From Oscillospiraceae bacterium (GTDB lineage: Bacteria > Bacillota > Clostridia > UBA1381), in assembly GCA_022508725.1 (NCBI GenBank), contig JAFLUR010000001.1, forward strand, positions 1 to 43,060: a stretch of DNA of 43,060 nt, read 5' to 3'. Positions 16,806 to 26,296 of the stretch are shown here, one piece after another (the stretch's first letter is position 1; each line of letters opens with the position of its first letter). The translations under genes were made by a program, and so were the position numbers. The notes below the pieces were generated by a model that was not told where the DNA came from, did no database searches, and saw only the letters and a program-made list of their open reading frames with translations.

Positions 16806-18362
16806 GTGAAAATTACTGTAATAGGCGCCGGACCCGCCGGCATCACATCGGCTTACGAGCTTATAAAAAGAAACAACAGCGATGATATTACCGTTATCGA
16901 GGCATCACCCCATATAGGGGGAATATCCCGGACGGTAAATCACAACGGCAACAGAATGGATATAGGCGGTCACAGATTTTTTTCGAAAAGCGACCGCGTG
17001 ACCGATTGGTGGTATGAAATTCTTTCACCTCAGGGCGCGCCGTCTGCGGACGACAAACTTCTGAACAGAGAAAAATCATACGACGCCGCGGGAGCTGATC
17101 CGGAAAAAACCGATACCGTCATGCTGAAAAGACACCGTGTATCGAGAATATACCACAAAAATAAATTTTTCGACTATCCCATTTCCATGAAACTCGCAAC
17201 GATAAAGAATATGGGATTTGCAACAACGGCGGCGGCGGGATTTTCATATCTGAAATCATGTATGTTCAAACTGCCCGAAACCTCTCTTGAAAATTTCTAT
17301 ATAAATCGTTTCGGCAAAAAACTGTATTCCATGTTTTTTGAAGGATATACCGAAAAGGTCTGGGGCAGACACCCCTCTCAAATTTCGGCGGACTGGGGAG
17401 CTCAAAGGGTAAAGGGGCTCTCGGTACGCGCTGTATTGAAGGATATGCTCGGAAAGCTCACGGGCAGCGGCAAGGAGGTCGAAACATCGCTTATCGAAGA
17501 ATTTTACTATCCGAAATACGGTCCGGGACAGCTTTGGGAAACAGCTCTCGAAACAGCCGTAAGCCGTGGGGTAAAGCTTATAAAGAACGCCGAAGTCATT
17601 AGGCTGAACACATCCGGCGGGCGGATAACCGGAGTGACCTATTCCGAAAACGGCGAGGAAAAAACGCTTAATTCGGATATAGTCATTTCATCAATGCCGA
17701 TAAAGGATCTGATCGCGGCAATCGACGCGCCCGTACCGGATGACACAGCAAAGGCGGCGGACGGACTTCCTTACCGCGATTTCATAACGGTGGGGCTTTC
17801 GCTCAACAAATTAAAGCTCGAAAATACAACCGATATTCCGAACTTTAACGGCCTTGTTCCGGACTGCTGGATATATGTTCAGGATACAAGCGTTAAACTC
17901 GGACGTATTCAGATTTTCAACAACTGGTCGCCGTATATGGTAAATGATTTTCAAAACACCGTATGGATAGGTCTGGAATATTTCTGCAATGAGGGCGATG
18001 ATATGTGGACGACTCCCGATAAGGAGTTTATCGATTTTGCGGCGGACGAGCTTGAAAGGATCGGGATCATCTCAAAGAGCGATATTCTCGATTCGCATAT
18101 CGAACACATAAAAAAAGCGTATCCCGCTTATTTTGACACATACAGCCGCATGGACGACATAAAAGCATATCTTGACGGCTTTGACAATCTGTTCTGCATC
18201 GGAAGAAACGGTCAGCACAGGTATAACAATATGGATCACTCCATGATCACCGCTTTTGAAACGGTTGATGAGATCATATCGGCGGCATCATCGGGCAGAG
18301 CGTACAATAAGGATAAAATATGGAATGTAAATGCGGAGAAGGATTATCATGAAAAAAAATAA
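16806..18362 (+). CDS. NAD(P)/FAD-dependent oxidoreductase (amine-oxidase / UDP-galactopyranose-mutase-like superfamily)
   Basis: The N-terminal Rossmann fingerprint [15 protein letters not shown]...[10 protein letters not shown] is of the GxGxxG-x17-E type. 518 aa. GTG start at 16806 with a GGAGGA RBS. Confidence 0.8.
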   Translation: MKITVIGAGPAGITSAYELIKRNNSDDITVIEASPHIGGISRTVNHNGNRMDIGGHRFFSKSDRVTDWWYEILSPQGAPSADDKLLNREKSYDAAGADPEKTDTVMLKRHRVSRIYHKNKFFDYPISMKLATIKNMGFATTAAAGFSYLKSCMFKLPETSLENFYINRFGKKLYSMFFEGYTEKVWGRHPSQISADWGAQRVKGLSVRAVLKDMLGKLTGSGKEVETSLIEEFYYPKYGPGQLWETALETAVSRGVKLIKNAEVIRLNTSGGRITGVTYSENGEEKTLNSDIVISSMPIKDLIAAIDAPVPDDTAKAADGLPYRDFITVGLSLNKLKLENTTDIPNFNGLVPDCWIYVQDTSVKLGRIQIFNNWSPYMVNDFQNTVWIGLEYFCNEGDDMWTTPDKEFIDFAADELERIGIISKSDILDSHIEHIKKAYPAYFDTYSRMDDIKAYLDGFDNLFCIGRNGQHRYNNMDHSMITAFETVDEIISAASSGRAYNKDKIWNVNAEKDYHEKK

Positions 18363-19848
18363 TATAAACGACACACTCAAAAGCCCCCGGCTGCCTGTCG
18401 CCGTCCTTTGCTTTATCCCGCTTCTGTCGGTAATTGCGGCGCATTGTCTGAACATCACCGACGAGGCAAACGTAATGTTTCTTATGCGCTGCGCGATTTT
18501 ATGCGTGGGACTGTGCGCGGTCGCGGACGCATACAAGGGCAGACTTACAAGCGAAAAAATCATATTTCTGCTCCTGTTTATCGGAGTTATAATGCGCTGC
18601 GGCTATACGGTATATACCCATGCGTTCACAAGATCGCACGACATAGGCGTAAACAACGAAACCGGCGTCGGACACTGGGGATACATCAATCATGTTATGA
18701 ACGGACGGCTCCCTCCGAGCAACGAATATCAGTTCTATCAGCCGCCGTTTTATTATATGATCTCCTCCCTGTTCATACGGATCGCAATGATATTTACGGG
18801 CAGCCGGAAATGGAGCGATTTTATGTTTATGGCTCAGACGGTATCGTGCACCGCCTCGGTCATAGGGCTTATCACCCTGCCCGCCGTTATGAACAAGCTG
18901 AATATCAAAAAAAGCGCGCAGATAATCCCCGTTGCCGTTACCGCTCTCTATCCGGTCCAATTTATGACGGCCGGGAGCATGAACAACGACGCGCTCGTTT
19001 TTATGTTTATGATGCTTTCGCTTTACAGCACCCTGCTTTGGGCGAGGGAACGCAGGCTTAAATATATAATTTTCATAGCGCTGTCAACAGGCTTCGGTAT
19101 GATGACGAAAATCAACTGCGGAGTGACCGCGCTCATAACCGGTCCGATAATGCTTTATTTCCTTTTCACCGGTATTTGTTCCGGCAAACGCTGCGAGCTG
19201 AAAAGCTTGATATTTCAATTATGCGTGTTTGCCGTAATCGTATTTCCGCTCGGTCTGTGGTATCCGATAAGAAATCTGATACTGTTCGATCAGCCGCTTA
19301 ATTATGTTCATATTCTGGGAACAAACTCGTTCGTTTATACGGGCGACGCATCGTGGTATGACAGATGGCTCAACATACCCTTTTTCGATTTTATCAAAAA
19401 TCCCTATACCGATATGGGCAGCGACACGAGCATATGGATGCTTCTGATAAAGACCGGCGTTCACGGCGAATGGTCGTTCGATTGGCTTGCGCCCGCGGCG
19501 GCATGGCTCATCGAATACGTTCATGCCGCGGTCATACTGATGACGGTCATTTCGGCGGTATTCTCCGTGATACGCCTAAAAGGGAATAAAGCCGCCGTAT
19601 ATTCCTCCGGCGCCGTTTGGGGACTTATGACGATATTATATATAATGTTCAACATACAATATCCTTACAGCTGTTCCGCCGATTTCCGCTATATGCTTTT
19701 ATGGCAGGTATCGGGCGCGGCGCTTACGGGCATATTCGCGGAATATCTTAAAAATACCGGAAATAAGCTCTCCGTATGCGCATATAACACGATATGCGTT
19801 TTAACCGCCTCATTCTGTATACTGAGCGTCATACATTTTTGCAGGTAA
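18349..19848 (+). CDS. polytopic membrane protein, GT-C-fold (PMT_2 / ArnT-like) glycosyltransferase candidate
   Basis: About 499 aa with more than 10 hydrophobic segments. The first extracytoplasmic loop carries HDIGVN...[10 protein letters not shown], resembling the Asp plus (K/Q)PPL motif of the ArnT/PMT family. ATG 18349 (GGAGAAGGA RBS) overlaps the upstream gene by 14 nt. Confidence 0.65.
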   Translation: MKKNNINDTLKSPRLPVAVLCFIPLLSVIAAHCLNITDEANVMFLMRCAILCVGLCAVADAYKGRLTSEKIIFLLLFIGVIMRCGYTVYTHAFTRSHDIGVNNETGVGHWGYINHVMNGRLPPSNEYQFYQPPFYYMISSLFIRIAMIFTGSRKWSDFMFMAQTVSCTASVIGLITLPAVMNKLNIKKSAQIIPVAVTALYPVQFMTAGSMNNDALVFMFMMLSLYSTLLWARERRLKYIIFIALSTGFGMMTKINCGVTALITGPIMLYFLFTGICSGKRCELKSLIFQLCVFAVIVFPLGLWYPIRNLILFDQPLNYVHILGTNSFVYTGDASWYDRWLNIPFFDFIKNPYTDMGSDTSIWMLLIKTGVHGEWSFDWLAPAAAWLIEYVHAAVILMTVISAVFSVIRLKGNKAAVYSSGAVWGLMTILYIMFNIQYPYSCSADFRYMLLWQVSGAALTGIFAEYLKNTGNKLSVCAYNTICVLTASFCILSVIHFCR

Positions 19849-19863
19849 AAAATATTCCCGTAC

Positions 19864-19907
19864 AAAAAGCCTTGTTCCGCATAAAAGCTTGCGGAACAAG
19901 GCTTTTT
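19864..19907. terminator. bidirectional intrinsic terminator between convergent genes
   Basis: AAAAAGCCTTGTTCCGC-ataaaagctt-GCGGAACAAGGCTTTTT. This is a 12-bp GC-containing stem flanked by A-run and T-run sequences. Confidence 0.85.
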
Positions 19908-19915
19908 CCTTAAAA

Positions 19916-22657
19916 TTACTTCCTTATAATAACGACGCTCTTTGATATTCCGCCGTTATCATCCTTTTCACTGCTGTGGATTACCACATCTATCGCCATA
20001 TCTCCCGAGACTTCTGCGTCAAGCGGTATTTTGATCTGTCTGCCCCATCGGCAGTCGCCCTCAAACACACATTCTCCGTTGATATAAACATATCCCTTGT
20101 TTCCTTTCAATTCATTGAATACTATCTCGTGACTTCCCTTCTTGTCAAGCGTCACGGTCGTTTTGTAAAGTCCGTATCCCGTCTTTCCGTCATACCGGGG
20201 ATCGTCTCCGCTGCCCGAGGTATACACGCCCCATGTATTCATATCATGATCGGCTATCTTTTCACCCGGGTCGGGCATATCCTCCGACAATTCCAATTTC
20301 GATCTCCATGTCGTTACATATATTTCCGATACCTCGCCGAGCCAGCGTATCTTATCCGCGCTTTCCCTAACGCCGATAACCGCCTCTCCCGTCTCGAGTC
20401 CGTCCGAACGGACCGTTACCCGTATCTCCTTTGCTCCCGTATGCTCTATTACAGCCTGCGCATAGCCGTTGAACAAATGTCTTTGCTCCGCCTTGTCGCT
20501 CTCATGACTGTTGGGATCGCCGTTTCCGACTCCTATAATCTTCGCGCCCTCCGCGGATATCTTCATAAGATTATCCGCGCACGGAACGATAACGCCGTTT
20601 TTATCCGTCGTCCAGATATTGACTATCGCCGTGTCGCGCCCGCTGTCATAAACATAATTTCTTGCCGGCTTCACGATTATCTTTGCCGGCTCCTCCGCCG
20701 TTCTTACCTCTGCCGCAGCCGCCTTTTCCCCGTTTTTGTAGCCGTACATGAGAAGCGCGCCCTTTTCGTAAGGCACCTCCCACTCCTGCATATCATACCT
20801 ATCCACACTCTTTCTTCCGAGTGATTTCCCGTTGAGGAAAAGCTCCGCCTCCTCGCAGTTTGTATGTGTCATTACCTTTATCGGCGTGCCCTCCGGAACG
20901 TCATGCGTCCAATGCGGCAGTATATGGATCATGGGCTTATCGGTAAAATACGCCTTGTTCAGATAAAACGCGTCCTTTTTAAAGCCGCAGGTATCCATAA
21001 TTCCGAACTGCGTTCCTATACTCGGCCATTTGTACGGAGTCGGCTCGCCGCGGTAATCAAATCCCGTCCATATAAACAATCCGATCATATAACCGCGTTC
21101 ATTTATTTGACGGAAACCGTCCCTGTGCGTGTTTCCCCACGGCGCCGCCTCGGTATCGTAGCAATCTATGATATGCTTGTCGTTATCGGTCTTGTAGACC
21201 CCTCTCGTCTGGAACGCGCTGTTATTCTCCGAGCCTATCATCGGCTGATACGGATATTTTTCCCTAAACTCGTCAAGAATTTGAGTGTTGTAATTGAAGC
21301 CCGTAACATCCAAAAGCTCGCCGCAGCCGTCCTTTTCAAAAAATCCGGTATTCATCGCGCCCGTAAGAAATCTCGTATTGTCAAGCTTTCGCACCTCACA
21401 GGCAAGCCTCGACGCTATTTTGTATCCCGTCTTTGTTCCTTGATGCGGCTCTTCGTTAAACAGCGAATACATAATAACCGACGGATGATTCCGGTCACGC
21501 TTTACCATCGACCTGACGTCTCTTATCCCGTCCGGCGATGAATTGAAATTCCTGTTTTCATCCATAACAAGCAATCCGTATTTGTCGCACATATCCAGCA
21601 CATAGCTGTCCGGATTTCCGTGCGCGCATCTGTATGCGTTGGTTCCCATTTCCTTTAAAAGCTGTATTCTGTACTCATTCACATAATCCGGCACCGCGAC
21701 GCCCACTCCCGCGTGATCCTGATGATTGCACGTTCCGTAAAGAGTCACCTTGCGTCCGTTTAGGAAAAATCCGTCGTTCTCCGATATTTCGATCGTTCTG
21801 TAGCCGAAAACCGTTTCGGTCCTGTCAACGCTTTTTCCGTTGTCATACACAGCACATATCAGCTTGTAAAGATTGGGCGAATCTATATCCCACAGCTTGG
21901 GCAGATGCATTTCTATGTTGAGATTTGCCAAAGCCCTGCTGCCCGACGCCACCTTGACAAACCTGTTCACCTTTGAAGACACCTCCGCTCCGCTCTCGTT
22001 TACGATATACGCCTCGACCTCCACGCTTTTTCCGTTATAAGAGGAATTTTCGACCTCGACCTCGATCCGTGTGTCCCATATATTATCGGAAACCTTTCTC
22101 GGATTTACAAAAACCCCCCCGTGCGCTATATGGATCTTATCCTTAATATACAGATCGACATGACGGTATATACCGGCGCCCTCATACCACCAGCCCTCTA
22201 TGCTGTCCGCATCAACATGAACGACAAGCGTGTTGACATTCTCCCCGAACACCGCCATATCGGATATATCGCATACAAAGGACGTATATCCGCAGAAATT
22301 TCTTCCCACCGCAGAGCCGTTGCAGAAAACCTCGGCATGAGTCGCCACTCCCCCGAACTCGACAAGCACCTGTTTCCCCTCATCCTTTTTATCGAGATGA
22401 AATCTTCTCGCATACCACGCTCTGCCCCTGTTCTTATAGCCTCTCGCGGGTCCCTCTTTCTCGTCGAATTCATGCCCCACCGCAAAATCATGCGGCAGAT
22501 CGACCTTCACCCAGCCCTCGGCTCCGAAATCGGCGCTCGACTCGGGATGTCCTCCCGCCTTTGACGCCATATAAGTATAGGTATGACCCCTGTCCGAATT
22601 TGTCTCAAGCTCTCCCTCGTGAAAGAACCAGCCGTTATCCATTCTGTATTTCTTCAT
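19916..22657 (-). CDS. glycoside hydrolase family 2 (beta-galactosidase / beta-glucuronidase-like)
   Basis: 913 aa. The N-terminal sugar-binding domain is followed by a TIM barrel with NHQDHAGVG, the acid/base context SLFNEEPHQ and the nucleophile region MIGSENNSAF, then C-terminal beta-sandwich domains. ATG 22657 has a GAGGGAG RBS. Confidence 0.88.
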   Translation of the reverse strand: MKKYRMDNGWFFHEGELETNSDRGHTYTYMASKAGGHPESSADFGAEGWVKVDLPHDFAVGHEFDEKEGPARGYKNRGRAWYARRFHLDKKDEGKQVLVEFGGVATHAEVFCNGSAVGRNFCGYTSFVCDISDMAVFGENVNTLVVHVDADSIEGWWYEGAGIYRHVDLYIKDKIHIAHGGVFVNPRKVSDNIWDTRIEVEVENSSYNGKSVEVEAYIVNESGAEVSSKVNRFVKVASGSRALANLNIEMHLPKLWDIDSPNLYKLICAVYDNGKSVDRTETVFGYRTIEISENDGFFLNGRKVTLYGTCNHQDHAGVGVAVPDYVNEYRIQLLKEMGTNAYRCAHGNPDSYVLDMCDKYGLLVMDENRNFNSSPDGIRDVRSMVKRDRNHPSVIMYSLFNEEPHQGTKTGYKIASRLACEVRKLDNTRFLTGAMNTGFFEKDGCGELLDVTGFNYNTQILDEFREKYPYQPMIGSENNSAFQTRGVYKTDNDKHIIDCYDTEAAPWGNTHRDGFRQINERGYMIGLFIWTGFDYRGEPTPYKWPSIGTQFGIMDTCGFKKDAFYLNKAYFTDKPMIHILPHWTHDVPEGTPIKVMTHTNCEEAELFLNGKSLGRKSVDRYDMQEWEVPYEKGALLMYGYKNGEKAAAAEVRTAEEPAKIIVKPARNYVYDSGRDTAIVNIWTTDKNGVIVPCADNLMKISAEGAKIIGVGNGDPNSHESDKAEQRHLFNGYAQAVIEHTGAKEIRVTVRSDGLETGEAVIGVRESADKIRWLGEVSEIYVTTWRSKLELSEDMPDPGEKIADHDMNTWGVYTSGSGDDPRYDGKTGYGLYKTTVTLDKKGSHEIVFNELKGNKGYVYINGECVFEGDCRWGRQIKIPLDAEVSGDMAIDVVIHSSEKDDNGGISKSVVIIRK

Positions 22658-22840
22658 AAAATCTCCCTCTCAGCCTGTATAATTTAATTATATCCTTATT
22701 ATACAATACCGGCGCAAAAAAATCTATAGTTTTTTTATTTTTTATTGTATAATATATATAATTCTCTCCGAAAACTTTGCCTATATCTGTTCAATTATCA
22801 GATATTTTTAACTTTTTATGAAAAATTATCGTTTAAGGGA

Positions 22841-22869
22841 TTGACAAACGAGTAAAAAGTATGTATAAT
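22841..22869 (+). promoter_or_regulatory. consensus sigma-70 promoter
   Basis: TTGACA (22841..22846), a 17-nt spacer, then TATAAT (22864..22869). Both hexamers are perfect. It implies a ~165-nt leader before ATG 23042. Confidence 0.7.
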
Positions 22870-23041
22870 TTGATGTGGAAGATTGATTTCGGAATATCTG
22901 TGTTCCTTAATCGATAAAATAAGTATACACTATGCAGTTTGACTTTATGAGTATAACATTTGCCTGCACTTATTTATAAAGTAAACGCGCATTATGGTAT
23001 ATATAAAAATATTTTTTAGAATTTTAGGGAGGAAAAACAAA

Positions 23042-24688
23042 ATGAAAATGTTAAAAAAAGCAGTTACCGCTGCTGTAACATTTGCTCTCGCCGTAAGCTC
23101 GGTAGCGGCTATGGCGTGCAGCAACGACTCATTCTTGGGCTATGATCAGGATAATATCTATTCAAGCAATTACGGCAAGCTCTATTACTGCCCGGAATCG
23201 AATACAACTTATGTAGACGGTTATGCGGGAAAGGTTGAATGGAAGCACGCTTATTTCGAGGCTGACTATCCGTTCCTTGAAGTTGTTGAGCTTTATCTCG
23301 ACGACAAACCGACAGGCAAAACTCAGTATGCGGGACTTCCCGATTCCGAAACGGTTTTGAAGCCGGAATTCTGGGAAGCAAAATATCCTTATCAGATCTA
23401 TTCAAGACTTTATGCAGGTCTTTCATCCGCAAACAAGGCAACCGACTGGGTTGTTAATTCGGGCGAAACCGAAAATGTTGTAGGCACATTTGATTACGCA
23501 GGTTTCGATATTTACGCTTGGGTAAACGGAGCTGTTAAAGATGTAAGCTTCCTTTACGCGGAGCATGCAGAGAAATTCGGTGTTGTTACCGATAACCCCG
23601 TAAACAACTTCGGTGTGGACGGCGGTATGTGGGCATTGGCTGACGCTTATTATTCGGCGGCTACATACTTGGGCGCCGACGGCAACTATTACTTCACCGA
23701 TGCGTTCCTTTCCGGCGATACAATGTTCAAGGATTTCGTTGATAATAGCATCGACAATTATGTAAGAAATATCAATTGGCTCAAGCTTGCAGGTCCCGAT
23801 TATTATACAGGCGGCACAAGATATGTTGATACCGTAAACGATATCATCAACGGCAAGCCGTGCACATGGTATGACGAGATTCTTATTCTCGCAGGCAATC
23901 CTGTTGATTATGAGTGGAAGACGGTAGGTTATGAGGCTGAATATCCGTACAGATATTATCAGATCCTTTATGTAGACGGTGTTCCCATGGACGGTGCATC
24001 AGTTGAATTGGTTGGTTCATGGTCTTTTGTTGAAGAAGACATCAACAAGACATATCCTTCGGAATCCGAGTACATCAAGACTGTTACCGTAGATCCCGTA
24101 ACCAACGCTCAGATATATGTTGATTCGGCTGTTCAGGTTCCCGCTAACGGTTTGATCAAGCAATACAAGCTTAACTCGGTAGCTGACAGATCGCACTTAC
24201 CTTATATCTTCAGATACACAGGCGGCTGCGCTTCGCCTAAGGTAGAGTGGAAGTATGCATTCACAGAAGCTGCTTATCCGCACGCTATAATCGAGCAGTT
24301 GTTCCTCGACGGTAAAGCAACAGAGTATTGGCGTAAATCCGGTGAGAACGCTGCTTCGAAACCGGAGCTTGAGTACAACTCAAACAATCCGAGATATTAC
24401 AAAGTAAATATCACAAGTCCGTATGCTGAAGAGATCCTTCAGAAGTTTGTATCATCATATTATCCGCTTCACGATTATAACTGCATCGTAGCAGGTGATG
24501 ATTATTACATTCCGTTCTCTGTAACACAGCTTTATGACGGTCATACAAAGTATACATGGTATTCGACACAGGTTGACAATGTAGCTAAGGTTGTTGCTGA
24601 AGATTTGGGTGTAAAGAGCGATGATATCGAATTCCTCGGTGCTTTCTATGATTACGCTGTTCAGCAGGGTATGATTTATGTTCAATAA
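23042..24688 (+). CDS. secreted (possibly lipid-anchored) Tyr-rich protein of unknown function with three internal repeats
   Basis: Signal peptide MKMLKKAVTAAVTFALAVSSVAAMAC with a GGGAGGA RBS. Three copies of a ~30-aa module: KVEWKHAYFEADYPFLEVVELYLDDKPTGK, DYEWKTVGYEAEYPYRYYQILYVDGVPMDG and KVEWKYAFTEAAYPHAIIEQLFLDGKATEY. I recognise no family. Confidence 0.75.
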   Translation: MKMLKKAVTAAVTFALAVSSVAAMACSNDSFLGYDQDNIYSSNYGKLYYCPESNTTYVDGYAGKVEWKHAYFEADYPFLEVVELYLDDKPTGKTQYAGLPDSETVLKPEFWEAKYPYQIYSRLYAGLSSANKATDWVVNSGETENVVGTFDYAGFDIYAWVNGAVKDVSFLYAEHAEKFGVVTDNPVNNFGVDGGMWALADAYYSAATYLGADGNYYFTDAFLSGDTMFKDFVDNSIDNYVRNINWLKLAGPDYYTGGTRYVDTVNDIINGKPCTWYDEILILAGNPVDYEWKTVGYEAEYPYRYYQILYVDGVPMDGASVELVGSWSFVEEDINKTYPSESEYIKTVTVDPVTNAQIYVDSAVQVPANGLIKQYKLNSVADRSHLPYIFRYTGGCASPKVEWKYAFTEAAYPHAIIEQLFLDGKATEYWRKSGENAASKPELEYNSNNPRYYKVNITSPYAEEILQKFVSSYYPLHDYNCIVAGDDYYIPFSVTQLYDGHTKYTWYSTQVDNVAKVVAEDLGVKSDDIEFLGAFYDYAVQQGMIYVQ

Positions 24689-24873
24689 GAGCAGGCAAAT
24701 ATAATAGGGTAATATTCCTATTATAAAAAAGACTCATTAATATTAAAGAAAATACCGTTCTGTTATATTTTATATATGGCAGATCGGTATTTTTAATAAT
24801 GAATAGTATATAATAATTATTATGCACGGTTTTTGATATGTTATCCCTCTATTGCAGTTTTCAATATATCTTA

Positions 24874-25019
24874 GGAAACACTGATGTAAAGGTAATCAAA
24901 AAATAATTTACGAAAAAATATACGCTATTCCCGGTTGCATGAGCGACCGGTAAAACGGAGTTTTACGACCGGTCCCGGTTGCCAAATTATTTTTTGATAT
25001 TGATTTATTCAGTATTTCC
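24874..25019. repeat. palindromic intergenic repeat element, family B (146 bp, self-complementary arms)
   Basis: The left arm GGAAACACTGATGTAAAGGTAATCAAAAAATAATT (24874..24908) matches 26/35 positions of the reverse complement of the right arm (24985..25019). The centre holds one inverted copy of the 44-bp unit, with the hairpin GACCGGTAAAAC..GTTTTACGACCGGTC. The first 53 nt recur at 43008..43060. Confidence 0.75.
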
Positions 25020-25116
25020 CTTATATGCTGCCCAAAACCGGAGGAATAAATACGGCAGATAAATTTCGATGCAAATTCCGTTTTAAATAAATATTTTGGA
25101 GATGGATTTTAATACT

Positions 25117-26040
25117 ATGAAAAAGACTATATCAAAAAGTATAACAATTTTTATCCTTTTATTTTCATTAACGATCCCGCAAGTTTCGGCGGCATCCGGA
25201 TTATTGATTCCCGTAGCGGGCTATTCTTCGCTCACAAACGACAGCAAAGATAAATATTACGCGATAATACGATATTATTCATCCCTGCGCGTTCCGGGAA
25301 TTATGTACCACAAAATAACATCCGACCCGAATGAATGGTCTGTATATTCGATATCTCCGCAAACGTTGCGTGAAGATTTTCAGACAATGAAAAATTTGGG
25401 CTATACTCCCATAACTCTTTCGGAATATGCCGAAATATTGTACGGCTACAGCTGTTTGAGTAATAACACCGCAGACATAGACTATCTGTACAATCTTGTT
25501 ACGGCTCATCCAAAGCCTATTTTGATAACTGCGGATGACGGTTATCTGGGAATTTATACAGATTTCATGCCCTTATTAAAAGAATTCGGATTTAAAGCCA
25601 ATTTTATGATATACGGAGAGGTCGTTGACTCAAATCATCCGGAATATGTTTCATGGGAACAAATTACCGAAATGCAGCAGTCAGGGCTTGTTGAGTTTGG
25701 AAATCACACCTATTCGCTTCATAATTATCCCAACTCGGATCTTATCGGGCTTTATTTTTCACAGCCCGAATTTTGCAAAAATGATATTGAATTGAACAGA
25801 GCAAAGCTTGAAGCGGCGACAGGCGTACCGTGTACAACATTCGCTTATCCATATGGTATAAGGAATACCTTTTCAAGTGCGATAATAGATCAATGCGGAT
25901 ATACAAAAATATTGAATACCGATTACAGAACCAATATTATAGGCAGCGGAATTTATAATATAGCGCGCGTAAATCGTGATAACACCACAACATCTCAGGC
26001 TTTCTTTGCGAGATTATCCTCTCTTAAAGCGACGGTATAG
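25117..26040 (+). CDS. polysaccharide deacetylase (CE4 / NodB-homology) with N-terminal signal/anchor
   Basis: Hydrophobic N-terminus SITIFILLFSLTIPQVSA and NodB motifs ITADDGYLG and GNHTYSLH. The gene is visibly AT-richer than its surroundings. The start is uncertain between ATG 25117 (preferred), ATG 25102 and the TTG at 25096 from the ORF track. Confidence 0.82.
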   Translation: MKKTISKSITIFILLFSLTIPQVSAASGLLIPVAGYSSLTNDSKDKYYAIIRYYSSLRVPGIMYHKITSDPNEWSVYSISPQTLREDFQTMKNLGYTPITLSEYAEILYGYSCLSNNTADIDYLYNLVTAHPKPILITADDGYLGIYTDFMPLLKEFGFKANFMIYGEVVDSNHPEYVSWEQITEMQQSGLVEFGNHTYSLHNYPNSDLIGLYFSQPEFCKNDIELNRAKLEAATGVPCTTFAYPYGIRNTFSSAIIDQCGYTKILNTDYRTNIIGSGIYNIARVNRDNTTTSQAFFARLSSLKATV

Positions 26041-26044
26041 CTAA

Positions 26045-26079
26045 GGAAATACTGAATAAATCAATATCAAAAAATAATT
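26045..26079. repeat. 35-bp arm of family B element, perfect inverted copy of 24985..25019
   Basis: GGAAATACTGAATAAATCAATATCAAAAAATAATT is the exact reverse complement of 24985..25019. It begins 5 nt after the deacetylase stop codon. Confidence 0.9.
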
Positions 26080-26086
26080 CAGCCAT

Positions 26087-26210
26087 CTGCCCGGGTTGGT
26101 CGTAAAACTATGTTTTACTGCTCACCCATGCTGCCCGGGTTGGTCGTAAAACTATGTTTTACTGCTCACCCATGCTGCCCGAGCCGGTCGTAAAACTATG
26201 TTTTACTGCT
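26087..26210. repeat. 44-bp tandem direct repeat, 2.8 copies
   Basis: The unit CTGCCCGGGTTGGTCGTAAAACTATGTTTTACTGCTCACCCATG occurs at 26087..26130 and identically at 26131..26174. A diverged 36-nt third copy follows at 26175..26210. Each unit contains the hairpin GTAAAAC-tat-GTTTTAC. Confidence 0.9.
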
Positions 26211-26226
26211 ATAAAAACGCACAAAT

Positions 26227-26258
26227 AAAACTCTTGAAATCGAATTTCAAGAGTTTTT
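26227..26258. terminator. bidirectional intrinsic terminator
   Basis: AAAACTCTTGAAAT-cga-ATTTCAAGAGTTTT, a perfect 14-bp stem with T-runs on both strands. It lies between the deacetylase cassette and the convergent SLH gene. Confidence 0.85.
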
Positions 26259-26296
26259 GCCGTTTATACGGTTTAAAATAATCTTCCCGCTTTCTT

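Noticed and set aside
24698-24793. Terminator for the Tyr-rich protein gene
   Set aside because: Two hairpins are present: TATAATAGG/CCTATTATA followed by an A-run, and AAAATACCG/CGGTATTTT with a ~27-nt loop. Neither is a convincing + strand intrinsic terminator, so it is left uncalled.
26087-26210. Possible CRISPR array
   Set aside because: The 44-bp units are directly contiguous with no spacers, there are only 2.8 copies, and no cas genes are in the window. It is a plain tandem repeat.
24874-26210. Integron gene cassette with attC sites
   Set aside because: The palindromic elements superficially resemble attC. However, their ends lack the RYYYAAC/GTTRRRY core sites, no intI integrase or attI is present, and the flanking copies are inverted rather than direct. 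Not called as an integron.
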